Shown here piece by piece: positions 38,910 to 49,276 of a stretch of DNA of 64,000 nt. How positions within the stretch are numbered: the stretch's first letter is position 1; every line of letters begins with the position of its first letter. The position numbers and the translations under genes were made by a program. This stretch comes from an uncultured delta proteobacterium (GTDB lineage: Bacteria > Desulfobacterota > Syntrophia > Syntrophales > UBA2185): assembly GCA_963729715.1 (NCBI GenBank), contig CAVSPA010000006.1, forward strand, positions 384,001-448,000. Direction: 5' to 3'. Below the pieces are notes generated by a model. It was not told where the DNA came from. It did no database searches and worked only from the letters and a program-made list of their open reading frames with translations.

Positions 38910-39067
38910 TCACGGCGGTGTATCGAGTTATATTCGACCGCAGTTACTTCTTGAGGGTGACTGCGGTCTTTTATTATATGCTTTGAAAAAGTGTTTTTGT
39001 CGATGCCATCCGTATCAAACATAGTATGACGTTTAAGAGTCCAGTTTTTTGTAATAGGTGATTAATC

Positions 39068-40882
39068 TTGGCTGCAAAAATTATCGTTCTGCCGGAAAAT
39101 TTGTCGAGCAAGATTGCCGCGGGAGAGGTTGTCGAGAGGCCCGCATCCATTCTGAAGGAACTTCTCGAAAATGCCGTCGATGCCGGCGCTACGGACATAA
39201 CTGTGGAAATTGAAAAAGGCGGGCGGGGTGCGATCAAGGTCATCGACAATGGCGAGGGCATTGAGAGTGCGGAGGCGCCTCTTGCTTTTGAACGCTTTGC
39301 GACCAGCAAGATATATCAGTTCGACGATATTTATAAGGTCAGGTCGTACGGTTTTCGGGGAGAGGCCCTGCCTAGCATCGGCGCCATTTCCCGTGTTGAG
39401 ATGGTGACGCGCAAGGTGTCCTCTTTATCGGGCGTGAGGGTTGTGGTGGAAGCAGGAGAGCTTAAGAGCGTAACAGATACGGGATGTCCCGTAGGTACTT
39501 CCGTTTGGGTGAATCATATATTTGATCCCGTTCCCGTGCGGAAGAAGTTCCTGAAGACGGAGGCGACGGAACAGGGATACTGCATGGATGTGATCACGAG
39601 GACGGCCCTTTCCCATCCGGAGGTCAGGATCAGGGTTGTCGCTCGCGGGAAGGAGATCTTAAATGTACCGGCAACCGGAGAAATCTCCGAGAGGGTTTCT
39701 CTTGTCTTGGGGGCGGATTTCATGGAGCACATGTTGCCTGTTAAAGGCGCGAAAGGCGGCATGGGCGTTCTCGGATTTGCCTCTAAACCCGATTTTACAA
39801 GGTCAAACGCGAAGCAATTATACTATTTTGTGAACAAGAGATTTATCAGGGATTATCTTATGAACCATGCCGTGATGACGGCCTACAGGCGCTTGATTGA
39901 GGCGAAAAAATATCCCGCGGCAGTATTGTTCATCGATTTGCCCCCCGGGGATGTAGACGCCAATGTCCATCCTGCGAAGATGGAGGTTCGCTTCCGGAAT
40001 CCGCGGGAGATTTATGATATTATCGTTGAGACCTTGATCCATGCCCTTGCCGATATTGCGCCCGTCTCATTGGGAGAGAAAAGTAGGACGATGCCCGAAG
40101 GCTATGGCGAGAGGGTGCAAGAGGCGTTAAAGCGATACACGGTGACCGCAGGCAGCGGGAAGCTATTCTTCAACAAGACCCTCGCAGATTATCCGAAGCC
40201 TCGTCCCGCCATGCGACATATTCTGGAAAAAGAACAAGCACAGATATTCCCGGAGGGAATCCGCATTGAAGAGAAAATTCCGGCGAAGGAAATGAATTTT
40301 GCCGACCTGGAATATATCGGACAGTTTGCCGGTACATATCTTATTTTTTCCGTATCACCTGGTCTCATTCTCGTGGATCAGCATGCGGCCCATGAGAGGA
40401 TTCTTTTTGATAAACTCAAGATGGAAGCTGCCCGGCGCGGCGAGAAAATGATGAGCCAGCAGCTCCTCATTCCGGAGGTCGTGAGCCTGTCGCCGGGAGA
40501 GTTCGCCGTAATTATGGAATCCATGAAAGTCCTTGAGGCCATGGGCATAGAGGTGGACCCTTTCGGCGAAAATACGGTGATTATGAAATCCGTGCCTGCC
40601 GCGCTTTCCCATGTTGAACCGAAGGGTCTCTTTCTTGAGGTCATTGAAGAGCTATCAAATGCGGAACGCACCCTCGGCTGGGAAGAGCGGCAGGAAAAGC
40701 TTTTTGCCCTCCTTGCCTGTAAAGGGGCTGTCAAGGCGAATCAGAAATTATCGGAAGCCGAAGTGATGCAGCTTTGCAGGGATCTAGATGCGACACAGTT
40801 TTCGTCCACGTGTCCCCATGGAAGACCCGTTTATATCTCATTCGGTCTCAGGGATATAGAAAGGATGTTTAAACGAATATAG
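39068..40882 (+). CDS. mutL: DNA mismatch repair endonuclease MutL
   Basis: IAAGEVVERPAS, GFRGEAL, DANVHPAK, DQHAAHERILFD, ACK, CPHGRP. Confidence 0.97.
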   Translation: MAAKIIVLPENLSSKIAAGEVVERPASILKELLENAVDAGATDITVEIEKGGRGAIKVIDNGEGIESAEAPLAFERFATSKIYQFDDIYKVRSYGFRGEALPSIGAISRVEMVTRKVSSLSGVRVVVEAGELKSVTDTGCPVGTSVWVNHIFDPVPVRKKFLKTEATEQGYCMDVITRTALSHPEVRIRVVARGKEILNVPATGEISERVSLVLGADFMEHMLPVKGAKGGMGVLGFASKPDFTRSNAKQLYYFVNKRFIRDYLMNHAVMTAYRRLIEAKKYPAAVLFIDLPPGDVDANVHPAKMEVRFRNPREIYDIIVETLIHALADIAPVSLGEKSRTMPEGYGERVQEALKRYTVTAGSGKLFFNKTLADYPKPRPAMRHILEKEQAQIFPEGIRIEEKIPAKEMNFADLEYIGQFAGTYLIFSVSPGLILVDQHAAHERILFDKLKMEAARRGEKMMSQQLLIPEVVSLSPGEFAVIMESMKVLEAMGIEVDPFGENTVIMKSVPAALSHVEPKGLFLEVIEELSNAERTLGWEERQEKLFALLACKGAVKANQKLSEAEVMQLCRDLDATQFSSTCPHGRPVYISFGLRDIERMFKRI

Positions 40883-40885
40883 TGC

Positions 40886-41818
40886 ATGTGCGCGAATGTT
40901 AAGAAACCCCGCCTGGTCGTTATCCTCGGACCCACAGCGGTCGGGAAGACCGCCGTAGCGATGGCGCTCGCGCGTGAATCAGGCGGTGAGATCGTCAGCG
41001 CCGATTCGATGCAGGTCTACAGGCTTTTGGATATAGGCACTGCGAAGCCGACTTTCGAGGAACAGTCTCTCGTGAGACATCACATTATTGATGTCGTCAA
41101 TCCCGATGAACAGTTCAACGCGGCCATGTTTACTAGGCTCGCCCGTGAGACTATCGGGAAACTCAACGACGCGGGAAAGCCCGTCTTCGTTGTAGGCGGG
41201 ACGGGTCTTTATATAAAGGCGCTCTTGGGCGGACTCTTTGAAGGGCCGGATGCTGACGAGGATCTGAGGAGGTTATACAAGCAGGAGCTCAAAGAATTTG
41301 GTCAGATATATCTGTACGAGAAGTTGAGAGAAAGAGATGAACTGGCCGCTGCCCAGATTGACAAGAATGATATTCCCCGGATCATCCGCGCCCTCGAGAT
41401 ACTGGAGCTGTGCGGTATTTCGATTGTCGAGAAACAAAATGCCCATCGCTTCGGCGACAACCTTTATGACGTGATCAAGATAGGACTAATGATGGAGCGT
41501 ACGGAGCTTTATAAAAGAATAGATCAAAGAACGGAGAAAATGCTGGAGGACGGAATCGTTGAGGAAGTGGAGAGGCTTTTCGCTTCGGGTTACCGTGAGA
41601 ACCTGAAGCCCCTGCAGACCCTCGGATATAAACACATTGTCAGACTGATAAAAGGGTCATCCGATCTCGCGGATGCTACAAGGATGATTAAGCGTGACAC
41701 GCGTCATTTTGCCAAGAGGCAGATAACCTGGTTTGGTGCAGATAGAGAAGTTGAATGGTGCGCTCCATCCGATCTTGACGCCATGAGACGAAGAATCGAC
41801 CAATTTCTGTCGCCATGA
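40886..41818 (+). CDS. miaA: tRNA dimethylallyltransferase
   Basis: GPTAVGKT, DSMQVY, DIGTAKP, VGGTGLY, AKRQITWF. Confidence 0.97.
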   Translation: MCANVKKPRLVVILGPTAVGKTAVAMALARESGGEIVSADSMQVYRLLDIGTAKPTFEEQSLVRHHIIDVVNPDEQFNAAMFTRLARETIGKLNDAGKPVFVVGGTGLYIKALLGGLFEGPDADEDLRRLYKQELKEFGQIYLYEKLRERDELAAAQIDKNDIPRIIRALEILELCGISIVEKQNAHRFGDNLYDVIKIGLMMERTELYKRIDQRTEKMLEDGIVEEVERLFASGYRENLKPLQTLGYKHIVRLIKGSSDLADATRMIKRDTRHFAKRQITWFGADREVEWCAPSDLDAMRRRIDQFLSP

Positions 41819-42040
41819 ACGTACTTGCATACGGATATTGTAAGTTTTGGTTTCCCTTTGTATTTTGAGCGGATTCCGTTAAATATCTTGACTTCGATAT
41901 GGTATGAATATAGTTAATTCTGTGATTTATCGGACGTTGAGAAATCTGTCGTTTTTACTTGCGAAAATAGTTGGTGTTAAACCGGGAAGAGCTTGATCCC
42001 GAACAGTTACATTAAACATTTTTGATGAAAGGAGAACGTT

Positions 42041-43213
42041 ATGATTCAACGGTTGAATTATCGGAGTTTATTGATGTTTTTTGTTGTTATGGCTCTGGGA
42101 GCTTTCATCGTCTCCTGCGGGGCCAAAGCGGTGAAGCCTGTAAGCGAAATGGATACACCCGAGCATCATTTTTATACAGGCATGAAATTCCTCGATCAGA
42201 AGATGTATCCTGATGCCAAGGGAGAATTTGATCGGGCGATTGCACTCGACCCCAAGTACTCAAAGGCCTTTGCGGGAAATGGATTAGTTGCGGCCTATAT
42301 GGGAGAATTCAAGGCAGCGAATGAATCCATGAAGCAGGCCTGGAAATTTGCCAAGAAAGATGATGATAAGGTCTTCGTCCATGTGAGCAGGATAAGGTTC
42401 TATACACTGAGCAAAGCCGCAAAGGACTGGATCAAAGACGCCAAGAGCGAGTTTGACCAAGCCATAAAGATCGATCCCAAGTCTTCTGCCGCCTATTATT
42501 TTATGGGCATTGCCTACAAGACAGCGCTGGATTTCGCCAACGCGGGACAGATGTTCAAGCAGGTAATTGACTTTAACCGCGATTACGTCAACGAGGCGGA
42601 TGCTGAATGGAATCTGACACAGAAGATCCAGAGGGCCATGCCGGGGACAATTACGGGAAAGAAGATTGCGATACTAGAAAGGATCAACAGGGGTGACGCC
42701 GCCGCCCTCTTTATGGAGGAATTAAAGATTGACGTCCTCTATAAAAAGAGAACGGTAAAGACATTCGACACGTCCTTTAAGGACCCGGAAAAGATGAAGG
42801 CACAGGCGAGCGCTCCGGCGATAACGGCTATGGATATTGCAAATTATCCCTTGAAAGCGGATATCGAAGGAATTCTCCGCATAGGCGTTCGCGGCTTGGA
42901 GGTTTATCCTGACGGCTCATTTCACCCGAATGACATGGTAGATCGCGCTACCTACGCCATGATGATCGAAGACATATTGATCAAAGTGTCGGGAGACAAT
43001 TCTCTTGCGACAAAGTTTATCGGCAGTGCATCACCGTTCCCCGATCTGAGGTCCGATCTGCCTTACTTTAACGCAGTGATGGTTGTGACATCGAGAGGGA
43101 TTATGGAGGCCAAGGACCTTTCGAGCGGCGAGTTTGCACCCCTCGGTTCCGTGCCGGGCGTTGACGCCCTCTTGATTATCCGGAAACTGAAAGAAGAATT
43201 AAAAATATTCTAA
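42041..43213 (+). CDS. TPR-repeat lipoprotein with C-terminal S-layer homology (SLH)-like motifs
   Basis: Lipobox IVSC; TPRs (AIALDPKYSKA, AIKIDPKSSAAYYFMG); SLH-like YPDGSFHPNDMVDRA and FPDL...RGIM...GEFAP. Confidence 0.78.
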   Translation: MIQRLNYRSLLMFFVVMALGAFIVSCGAKAVKPVSEMDTPEHHFYTGMKFLDQKMYPDAKGEFDRAIALDPKYSKAFAGNGLVAAYMGEFKAANESMKQAWKFAKKDDDKVFVHVSRIRFYTLSKAAKDWIKDAKSEFDQAIKIDPKSSAAYYFMGIAYKTALDFANAGQMFKQVIDFNRDYVNEADAEWNLTQKIQRAMPGTITGKKIAILERINRGDAAALFMEELKIDVLYKKRTVKTFDTSFKDPEKMKAQASAPAITAMDIANYPLKADIEGILRIGVRGLEVYPDGSFHPNDMVDRATYAMMIEDILIKVSGDNSLATKFIGSASPFPDLRSDLPYFNAVMVVTSRGIMEAKDLSSGEFAPLGSVPGVDALLIIRKLKEELKIF

Positions 43214-43225
43214 CGGAGACGTTTC

Positions 43226-45883
43226 ATGGCTGAAAAGTCATTGGGCAAGGCTTATGAACCTCAGACATCGGAGGCCAGGTGGTACAAGTACTGGCTTGAC
43301 CGCGATTTATTCAGGGCCGAGGATTCAAGCGGGAAGCCCAAATTTTCCATTGTTATTCCTCCGCCGAATGTGACGGGCATGCTCCACATGGGGCATGCCT
43401 TGAACAACACGCTGCAAGACGTTATGACCAGGTACAGAAGGATGCAGGGTTATAACGCCCTCTGGATGCCGGGAACCGACCATGCGGGGATCGCGACGCA
43501 GAATGTCGTGGAACAGGAACTCGCGAAGGAAGGCATCACGAGGCATGATTTGGGCAGAGAGAAATTCATTGACCGCGTGTGGGAATGGAAGAAGAAGTAC
43601 GGCGGGGTCATCATCAATCAGTTAAAGAGGCTGGGCTGTTCCTGCGACTGGTCGAGAGAAGCCTTCACCATGGATGAGAAACGATCCAAGTCCGTAAGAG
43701 AAGTCTTTGTGCGTCTATACAACGACGGGCTCATCTACCGTGGCGACTATATCGTCAACTGGTGCACGCGATGCCGCACGGCCATATCGGACCTCGAAGT
43801 GGAATACGAAGAGAAGGAAGGCGCGCTCTGGGAGATCAGGTACCCTTACCGAGACGGCAAGGGTGACATCGTGGTTGCCACCACGCGTCCGGAGACTATG
43901 CTAGGGGATACGGCGGTTGCCGTCAACCCTGAGGACAAGAGGTACAAGGACAAGATAGGGAAGAAAGTGATCCTGCCTCTCGTGAACCGGGTCATACCGG
44001 TGATTGCCGACAGTCATGTGAGTGTGGAGTTCGGTTCGGGAGCAGTGAAAATTACGCCCTCCTCCGATCCGAATGACTTTGCCATAGCAGAGCGGCATCA
44101 TCTCGAAATCATAAACATCATTGATGGCAACGGAGCCATCAATGAAAATGGCGGCGTCTATCAGGGGCAGGACCGTTACGAGGCGAGAGAGAATATTCTT
44201 CGTGACCTCGAAAAAGGTGGATACCTCTTAGGGAAGAAGCCTTACAGCCATAATGTCGGCCAATGCTATCGCTGCAAGACGGACATCGAGCCCATGGTCT
44301 CCGCACAGTGGTTCGTGAAGATAAAACCCTTGGCGAAGACGGCGACTGCGGCGGTGATAAAAGGGAAGACAAGAATCCTGCCCTCTATGTGGGAAAGCAC
44401 ATACTTCGAGTGGATGAACAACATAAGGGACTGGTGCATTTCGAGACAGATCTGGTGGGGCCACAGGATACCCGTTTGGTATTGCGGGAACTGCGGAAAA
44501 GAAATCGTCACGACCATAGATCCCGTTGAATGCCCGAACTGCGGAGGCAGCAACCTCCGGCAGGAGGAAGATGTTCTTGATACATGGTTCAGCTCCGCCC
44601 TCTGGCCTTTTTCAACGCTTGGATGGCCCGTGAAGACAGAGTCCTTAAAGACATTTTATCCCACATCGCTCCTCATCACAGGGTTTGACATACTCTTCTT
44701 CTGGGTGGCTCGAATGATGATGATGGGGCTCTACGTGATGAAGGACGTTCCTTTCAAGGATGTCTATCTCCATGCCCTGGTGCGCGATGAGCAGGGAGAC
44801 AAGATGAGCAAATCCAAGGGGAATAGTATTGATCCTCTCGAGATGATCGATAAGTTCGGCGCGGATGCCTTCAGGTTTACCATGGTGGCGCTGACAGCCC
44901 AGGGCAGGGATATCAGGATGTCGGAGGAGCGCATTGCGGGCTGCAAGCATTTCGTAAACAAGATATGGAACGCGACGCGCTTTGCCCTTATGAACCTCGA
45001 TGATTACTCGGCTTCGGGGGCTCAGATCCGCAAGGAAGATGAATCCCTTGCCGACAGATGGATTAAGCATCGCCTGAATATAACAGCTTCGGAAGTTATC
45101 AAATCCCTCGATGAGTATCGTTTCAACGATGCTGCATCAGTCATCTATCAGTTTATCTGGCATGAACTCTGTGACTGGTACCTGGAGCTCGTCAAGCCCG
45201 AGCTTTATGGGAAAGGCAAACAGGAGAAGAGGCGCGCGGCGCAGCACACCCTCTATGCGGTCATGATGTCTTCCCTGAAGATGCTTCATCCCATCATGCC
45301 TTTTGTTACAGAGGAGATTTGGCAGACCCTAGTGGGCGACGGGACTTCGATCATGGTGAGTGAATTTCCCGCACCCGAGGACGCTTTCCATGACCCTGTC
45401 GCGGATAGGCAGATGAGCGCCATCATGGACACGATCACTTCTGTCCGAAACATCAGGGGTGAGATGAATATTGCGCCATCGAAAAAATTAAAGGTCGCAG
45501 TCTCCGCGCCCGATGAGGAATCGCGGGCGATCATGGAAATCGGCGGCAGCTATATTACCAACCTGGCTAATATCGAGGCATTGACCATGACCGCAAATGG
45601 AGAAGATCCGAAGAATGCCGCTACCGGCGTTGTCGGCACCATGCGGATATATGTGCTTCTCGAAGGCGTGGTAGACTTTGCCGGGGAGATGAAGAGACTT
45701 GAGAAGGAGATGGCCAAGGTGGATAAAGACCTCGCGGCGATTTCGAAAAAACTCGCCAATCGTGATTTCATGGCGAAGGCATCAAGGGCAATTGTGGAGA
45801 AGGAAGAAGAAAAGTTCAGGGAAGTAAGAGAGAAGCATTCTGTCCTCGCGGCAGCCATGAACAGACTTCAGAAGATGAATTAA
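43226..45883 (+). CDS. valS: Valine-tRNA ligase
   Basis: PPPNVTGMLHMGH, DHAGIATQ, DWCISRQIWWGH, KMSKSKGN, C-terminal coiled coil. Confidence 0.98.
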   Translation: MAEKSLGKAYEPQTSEARWYKYWLDRDLFRAEDSSGKPKFSIVIPPPNVTGMLHMGHALNNTLQDVMTRYRRMQGYNALWMPGTDHAGIATQNVVEQELAKEGITRHDLGREKFIDRVWEWKKKYGGVIINQLKRLGCSCDWSREAFTMDEKRSKSVREVFVRLYNDGLIYRGDYIVNWCTRCRTAISDLEVEYEEKEGALWEIRYPYRDGKGDIVVATTRPETMLGDTAVAVNPEDKRYKDKIGKKVILPLVNRVIPVIADSHVSVEFGSGAVKITPSSDPNDFAIAERHHLEIINIIDGNGAINENGGVYQGQDRYEARENILRDLEKGGYLLGKKPYSHNVGQCYRCKTDIEPMVSAQWFVKIKPLAKTATAAVIKGKTRILPSMWESTYFEWMNNIRDWCISRQIWWGHRIPVWYCGNCGKEIVTTIDPVECPNCGGSNLRQEEDVLDTWFSSALWPFSTLGWPVKTESLKTFYPTSLLITGFDILFFWVARMMMMGLYVMKDVPFKDVYLHALVRDEQGDKMSKSKGNSIDPLEMIDKFGADAFRFTMVALTAQGRDIRMSEERIAGCKHFVNKIWNATRFALMNLDDYSASGAQIRKEDESLADRWIKHRLNITASEVIKSLDEYRFNDAASVIYQFIWHELCDWYLELVKPELYGKGKQEKRRAAQHTLYAVMMSSLKMLHPIMPFVTEEIWQTLVGDGTSIMVSEFPAPEDAFHDPVADRQMSAIMDTITSVRNIRGEMNIAPSKKLKVAVSAPDEESRAIMEIGGSYITNLANIEALTMTANGEDPKNAATGVVGTMRIYVLLEGVVDFAGEMKRLEKEMAKVDKDLAAISKKLANRDFMAKASRAIVEKEEEKFREVREKHSVLAAAMNRLQKMN

Positions 45884-45923
45884 AAGAGCAGCGCATCAAA
45901 AACCTCTGAATATCCTTATCATC

Positions 45924-46757
45924 ATGTTACAAAAGCATATCATAAGCAAGATAGTACAGTCGGCAATTGAAGAAGACGCCGGTGAGGCGGATGTAACGAC
46001 GGCGGCGGTACTTACAGGTGAAGAGACCGGCAAGGCCCGGGCTCTCGCCAAATCCGCCGTTGTTGTGGCGGGCATTGATGTTTTCAAAGAGACCTTTCTT
46101 TTTCTCGATCCAGGCATGCAATTTAAATGCTACTGTAAAGATGGAGATATAGTGGAGAAGGGCGGGTGTCTCGCGGAGATATCAGGGAATCTCAGCAGAA
46201 TGCTTACGGCCGAGAGGGTAGCCCTCAACTTTTTTCAACGGATGAGCGGTATTGCCACGCTCACGAGACGATATGTCGATGAAGTCAAGGGAACAAAAGC
46301 AAAGATCCTCGACACGAGAAAAACAGCGCCGGGGCTACGCTATCTTGACAAGTATGCTGTGAGGATCGGCGGCGGTCATAATCATCGATTCGGTCTCTAT
46401 GACGGCGTCCTTATCAAAGACAACCACATTGCTGCGGCGGGCAGCATATCGCAGGCGCTGGCCATGGTCCGCGGACGCCTGCCCCACACACTGAAGGTGG
46501 AAATTGAAGTAAAAAATCTTCAGGAACTTGGGGAAGCCATAAACTCCGGGGCAGATGTGATAATGTTAGACAACATGTCTCTCTCGGATATGGGAAAGGC
46601 CGTTGCAGCGGCGGGCGGCAGAGTGCCGCTGGAGGCGTCCGGTAATGTTACCCTTGCCAACGTGCGAAAGATCGCCGAAACCGGCGTTGACTTCATATCC
46701 GTGGGGGCTCTCACTCATTCGGTAGCGGCATCCGATATATCATTGAAGATCGAATAA
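45924..46757 (+). CDS. nadC: Nicotinate-nucleotide diphosphorylase (carboxylating)
   Basis: ERVALN, DTRKTAPG, HRFGL, IKDNH, MLDNM, EASG. Confidence 0.97.
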   Translation: MLQKHIISKIVQSAIEEDAGEADVTTAAVLTGEETGKARALAKSAVVVAGIDVFKETFLFLDPGMQFKCYCKDGDIVEKGGCLAEISGNLSRMLTAERVALNFFQRMSGIATLTRRYVDEVKGTKAKILDTRKTAPGLRYLDKYAVRIGGGHNHRFGLYDGVLIKDNHIAAAGSISQALAMVRGRLPHTLKVEIEVKNLQELGEAINSGADVIMLDNMSLSDMGKAVAAAGGRVPLEASGNVTLANVRKIAETGVDFISVGALTHSVAASDISLKIE

Positions 46758-46778
46758 GCCGCCGCTTTAATCAACACA

Positions 46779-47573
46779 ATGGATTTTAATGAGAAAAATC
46801 TGGCTATCCGTCTCGCGGGGAAGCGGATAGGAAATAATATCCACTTTTTTCCGGAGGTCGAGTCAACCAACGACGTTCTCTTCAGACTCGCCTGTGACGG
46901 CGCTCCTCACGGGACTGTCGTTATCGCGGAATGCCAGACGAAGGGGAAGGGCCGCCTGAACAGAGAGTGGCAGTCTCCCCCGGGCTGTAATATCTATGCC
47001 TCCATCGTGCTGAGGCCGCCCATAGAGCCCGTCTATGCCCCCCAGATCACGCTCATGACGGGCGTTGCCGTTGCTGAACTCTTATCCGGGTATTGCACCG
47101 GAGCTGTAAATCTCAAATGGCCGAACGACGTCCAGATCGGAGGCAAAAAGGTTTGCGGCATACTGGCGGAGATGAACGCTTCTTCCGGAGACAGTGTGGA
47201 TTTTGTCGTCGTAGGGATCGGCATCAATGTCAATATTAGGAAAAATGATTTTGATGAATCGATCCGCGATCTAGCAACGTCCCTTGCGGAAGAAGTGGGG
47301 GAAAATATTTCACGCCTTGATCTCGCGGCAGATTTGTTCGCTAAGTTCGATGATCTGTATACCCGGCTCCTGAACTCTGGATTTGGCTCCATTAAGGATG
47401 CGTGGCTCTCATACTGCGACATGGTCGGAAAGCAGGTGCGGTTGATATTCAGGAATGACAAAGAGTCGGGGAAGGTCCTCGGTATTGATGATTTTGGCGC
47501 TCTTGTGATTTCAGATGAAGAAGGAAAGACAAAAAGGGTAATGGCCGGCGATGCCTCCGTGATGAAGGAATAG
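46779..47573 (+). CDS. birA: Biotin-protein ligase without N-terminal HTH (class I)
   Basis: STND, QTKGKGRLNREWQSP, KWPND, KVCGILAE. Confidence 0.95.
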   Translation: MDFNEKNLAIRLAGKRIGNNIHFFPEVESTNDVLFRLACDGAPHGTVVIAECQTKGKGRLNREWQSPPGCNIYASIVLRPPIEPVYAPQITLMTGVAVAELLSGYCTGAVNLKWPNDVQIGGKKVCGILAEMNASSGDSVDFVVVGIGINVNIRKNDFDESIRDLATSLAEEVGENISRLDLAADLFAKFDDLYTRLLNSGFGSIKDAWLSYCDMVGKQVRLIFRNDKESGKVLGIDDFGALVISDEEGKTKRVMAGDASVMKE

Positions 47574-47642
47574 ACGCACCATATGGTGGGGAGCGGGAAC
47601 CGGGGTTGTCGCAGGTAATGCTTCATAGCGAGGGTTTGACAT

Positions 47643-48413
47643 ATGCTTCTGGTTATAGATGTTGGAAATACCAATACCGTTCTGGGTCTCTATGATGGGG
47701 ATCAACTCGTCCATGACTGGCGGGTAAGGACCGTTGTTGATCATACCGTTGACGAATACGGTATGCTGATCTACAATCTTTACAAGAACAGCAAGGTCAG
47801 GCCGAGGGAGATCAAGGATATCATCATTTCATGCGTTGTTCCTACGATGCTCAACATCCTGGAGCCTCTCTGCGAAAAATATTTCAATGTCAAGCCTCTG
47901 ATAGTGGGGCCGGGCATCAAAACGGGAATGCCTATCCTGTATGATAATCCGAAAGAAGTGGGGGCAGACAGGATCGTCAACGCCGTTGCCGCATACGACA
48001 AATACGGAGGGGATATCATAATCGTCGATTTCGGCACCGCCACTACCTTCGACTATGTATCAAAGAAAGGTGAATACATGGGCGGATGCATATCGCCGGG
48101 CATCATGATAGCGAGTGAGGCCCTCTTCAGCAAGGCGGCAAAACTTCCGAGGGTGGAAATCGCAAGACCCAAATCTGTCATCGGCAAGGACACCGTAAGC
48201 AGCATGCAGGCAGGCATATTGTTCGGTTACGCCGGCCTCGTGGACGGCCTTGTCGGCCGGATCAAAGCGGAAGTGGCGTCGGATGCGAAGGTCATAGCGA
48301 CGGGCGGACTCGCGAATATCATCTCTCCGGAAACGAAAAGTATAAACATCGTCGATGAGATGCTGACGCTCGAAGGGCTCCGGATTCTCCATAAACGAAA
48401 TAGCGAGCAGTAA
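47643..48413 (+). CDS. coaX: Type III pantothenate kinase
   Basis: IDVGNTN, VGADR, DFGTATT, ATGG. Confidence 0.96.
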   Translation: MLLVIDVGNTNTVLGLYDGDQLVHDWRVRTVVDHTVDEYGMLIYNLYKNSKVRPREIKDIIISCVVPTMLNILEPLCEKYFNVKPLIVGPGIKTGMPILYDNPKEVGADRIVNAVAAYDKYGGDIIIVDFGTATTFDYVSKKGEYMGGCISPGIMIASEALFSKAAKLPRVEIARPKSVIGKDTVSSMQAGILFGYAGLVDGLVGRIKAEVASDAKVIATGGLANIISPETKSINIVDEMLTLEGLRILHKRNSEQ

Positions 48414-48503
48414 TAAGGTGTCATATCGACCGAAGGGAGATATCTTTTAGGTTTAACCACGCTACTAAGATTTCTCGCTGCACTGGTCGAAATGACAATA
48501 GTA
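48414..48503 (+). repeat. Dispersed palindromic repeat (REP/MITE-like), copy 1
   Basis: TGTCATATCGACC...GGTCGAAATGACA terminal inverted repeats; first 36 nt match the reverse complement of 58977-59012 at 35/36. Confidence 0.8.
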
Positions 48504-48560
48504 TTCATGTCATCCGTGTAAAAAGTTTCATTTCGACCTTATTCTCGGCGGCACAAGCAT

Positions 48561-49178
48561 ATGCTGAACGTGGGCTTGACAGGCGGCATCGCCTCAGGAA
48601 AGTCAACCGTAGCGAAGATGTTCGAAGATAAAGGCGCCTATCTCATCGACTTCGATGCGCTCGCGCACTTCGCAGAAGAACCGGAACAACCGGGATGGAA
48701 GGCTATCATAGAGTTTTTCGGAACAGATATCCTGAACGAGGATGAGACAATCAACAGGGCAAAGCTCGGCCAGATCGTATTTGCAGATCAGGAGAAGCTC
48801 TTGAGGCTTAACAGCATCGTTCACCCTGCCGTTTTCGACCTGTGGCGGCGGAGGATAGAAGATATCCGAGAAATGAATCCGCGCGCCATTGTTGTATCCG
48901 ATGTTCCCCTCCTTATAGAAGTAAGCATGCAGCATCTGTTTGATATTGTCATCTTAGTCTATGTTTCTCCCGAAGATCAGGTCAGACGTTTGCAGGAAAG
49001 AAACGAATACAGCCGCAAAGAAGCTGAAAGCAGGCTGGACACACAGATGCCTATCGAAGAAAAGATCCCGCATGCGGATTTTGTCATCGACAACAAAGGC
49101 CCACGTGAAACTACCCGGTCCGTTGTCAATGCCGTATGGGACGAGCTTCTCGTGCGGGAAAGGAAGAATCTCATCTAG
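48561..49178 (+). CDS. coaE: Dephospho-CoA kinase
   Basis: VGLTGGIASGKST, INRAKLG, LNSIVHP, DVPLLIE, ADFVIDN. Confidence 0.96.
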   Translation: MLNVGLTGGIASGKSTVAKMFEDKGAYLIDFDALAHFAEEPEQPGWKAIIEFFGTDILNEDETINRAKLGQIVFADQEKLLRLNSIVHPAVFDLWRRRIEDIREMNPRAIVVSDVPLLIEVSMQHLFDIVILVYVSPEDQVRRLQERNEYSRKEAESRLDTQMPIEEKIPHADFVIDNKGPRETTRSVVNAVWDELLVRERKNLI

Positions 49179-49212
49179 CACTATTACTCCGGCATATTAT
49201 TATGTCAATTCT

Positions 49213-49270
49213 GTCATTCCCGAGGAATAGGGAGTCCAGCTAAGATACCGGATGCCGGCTCAAATACGGA
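49213..49270 (+). repeat. Degenerate GTCATTCCCG-type palindromic element
   Basis: GTCATTCCCG...GGGAGTCCAG...GGATGCCGGCTCAA resembles widespread GTCATTCCCG..GGGAATCCAG short repeats; single decayed copy. Confidence 0.35.
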
Positions 49271-49276
49271 GGCAAG

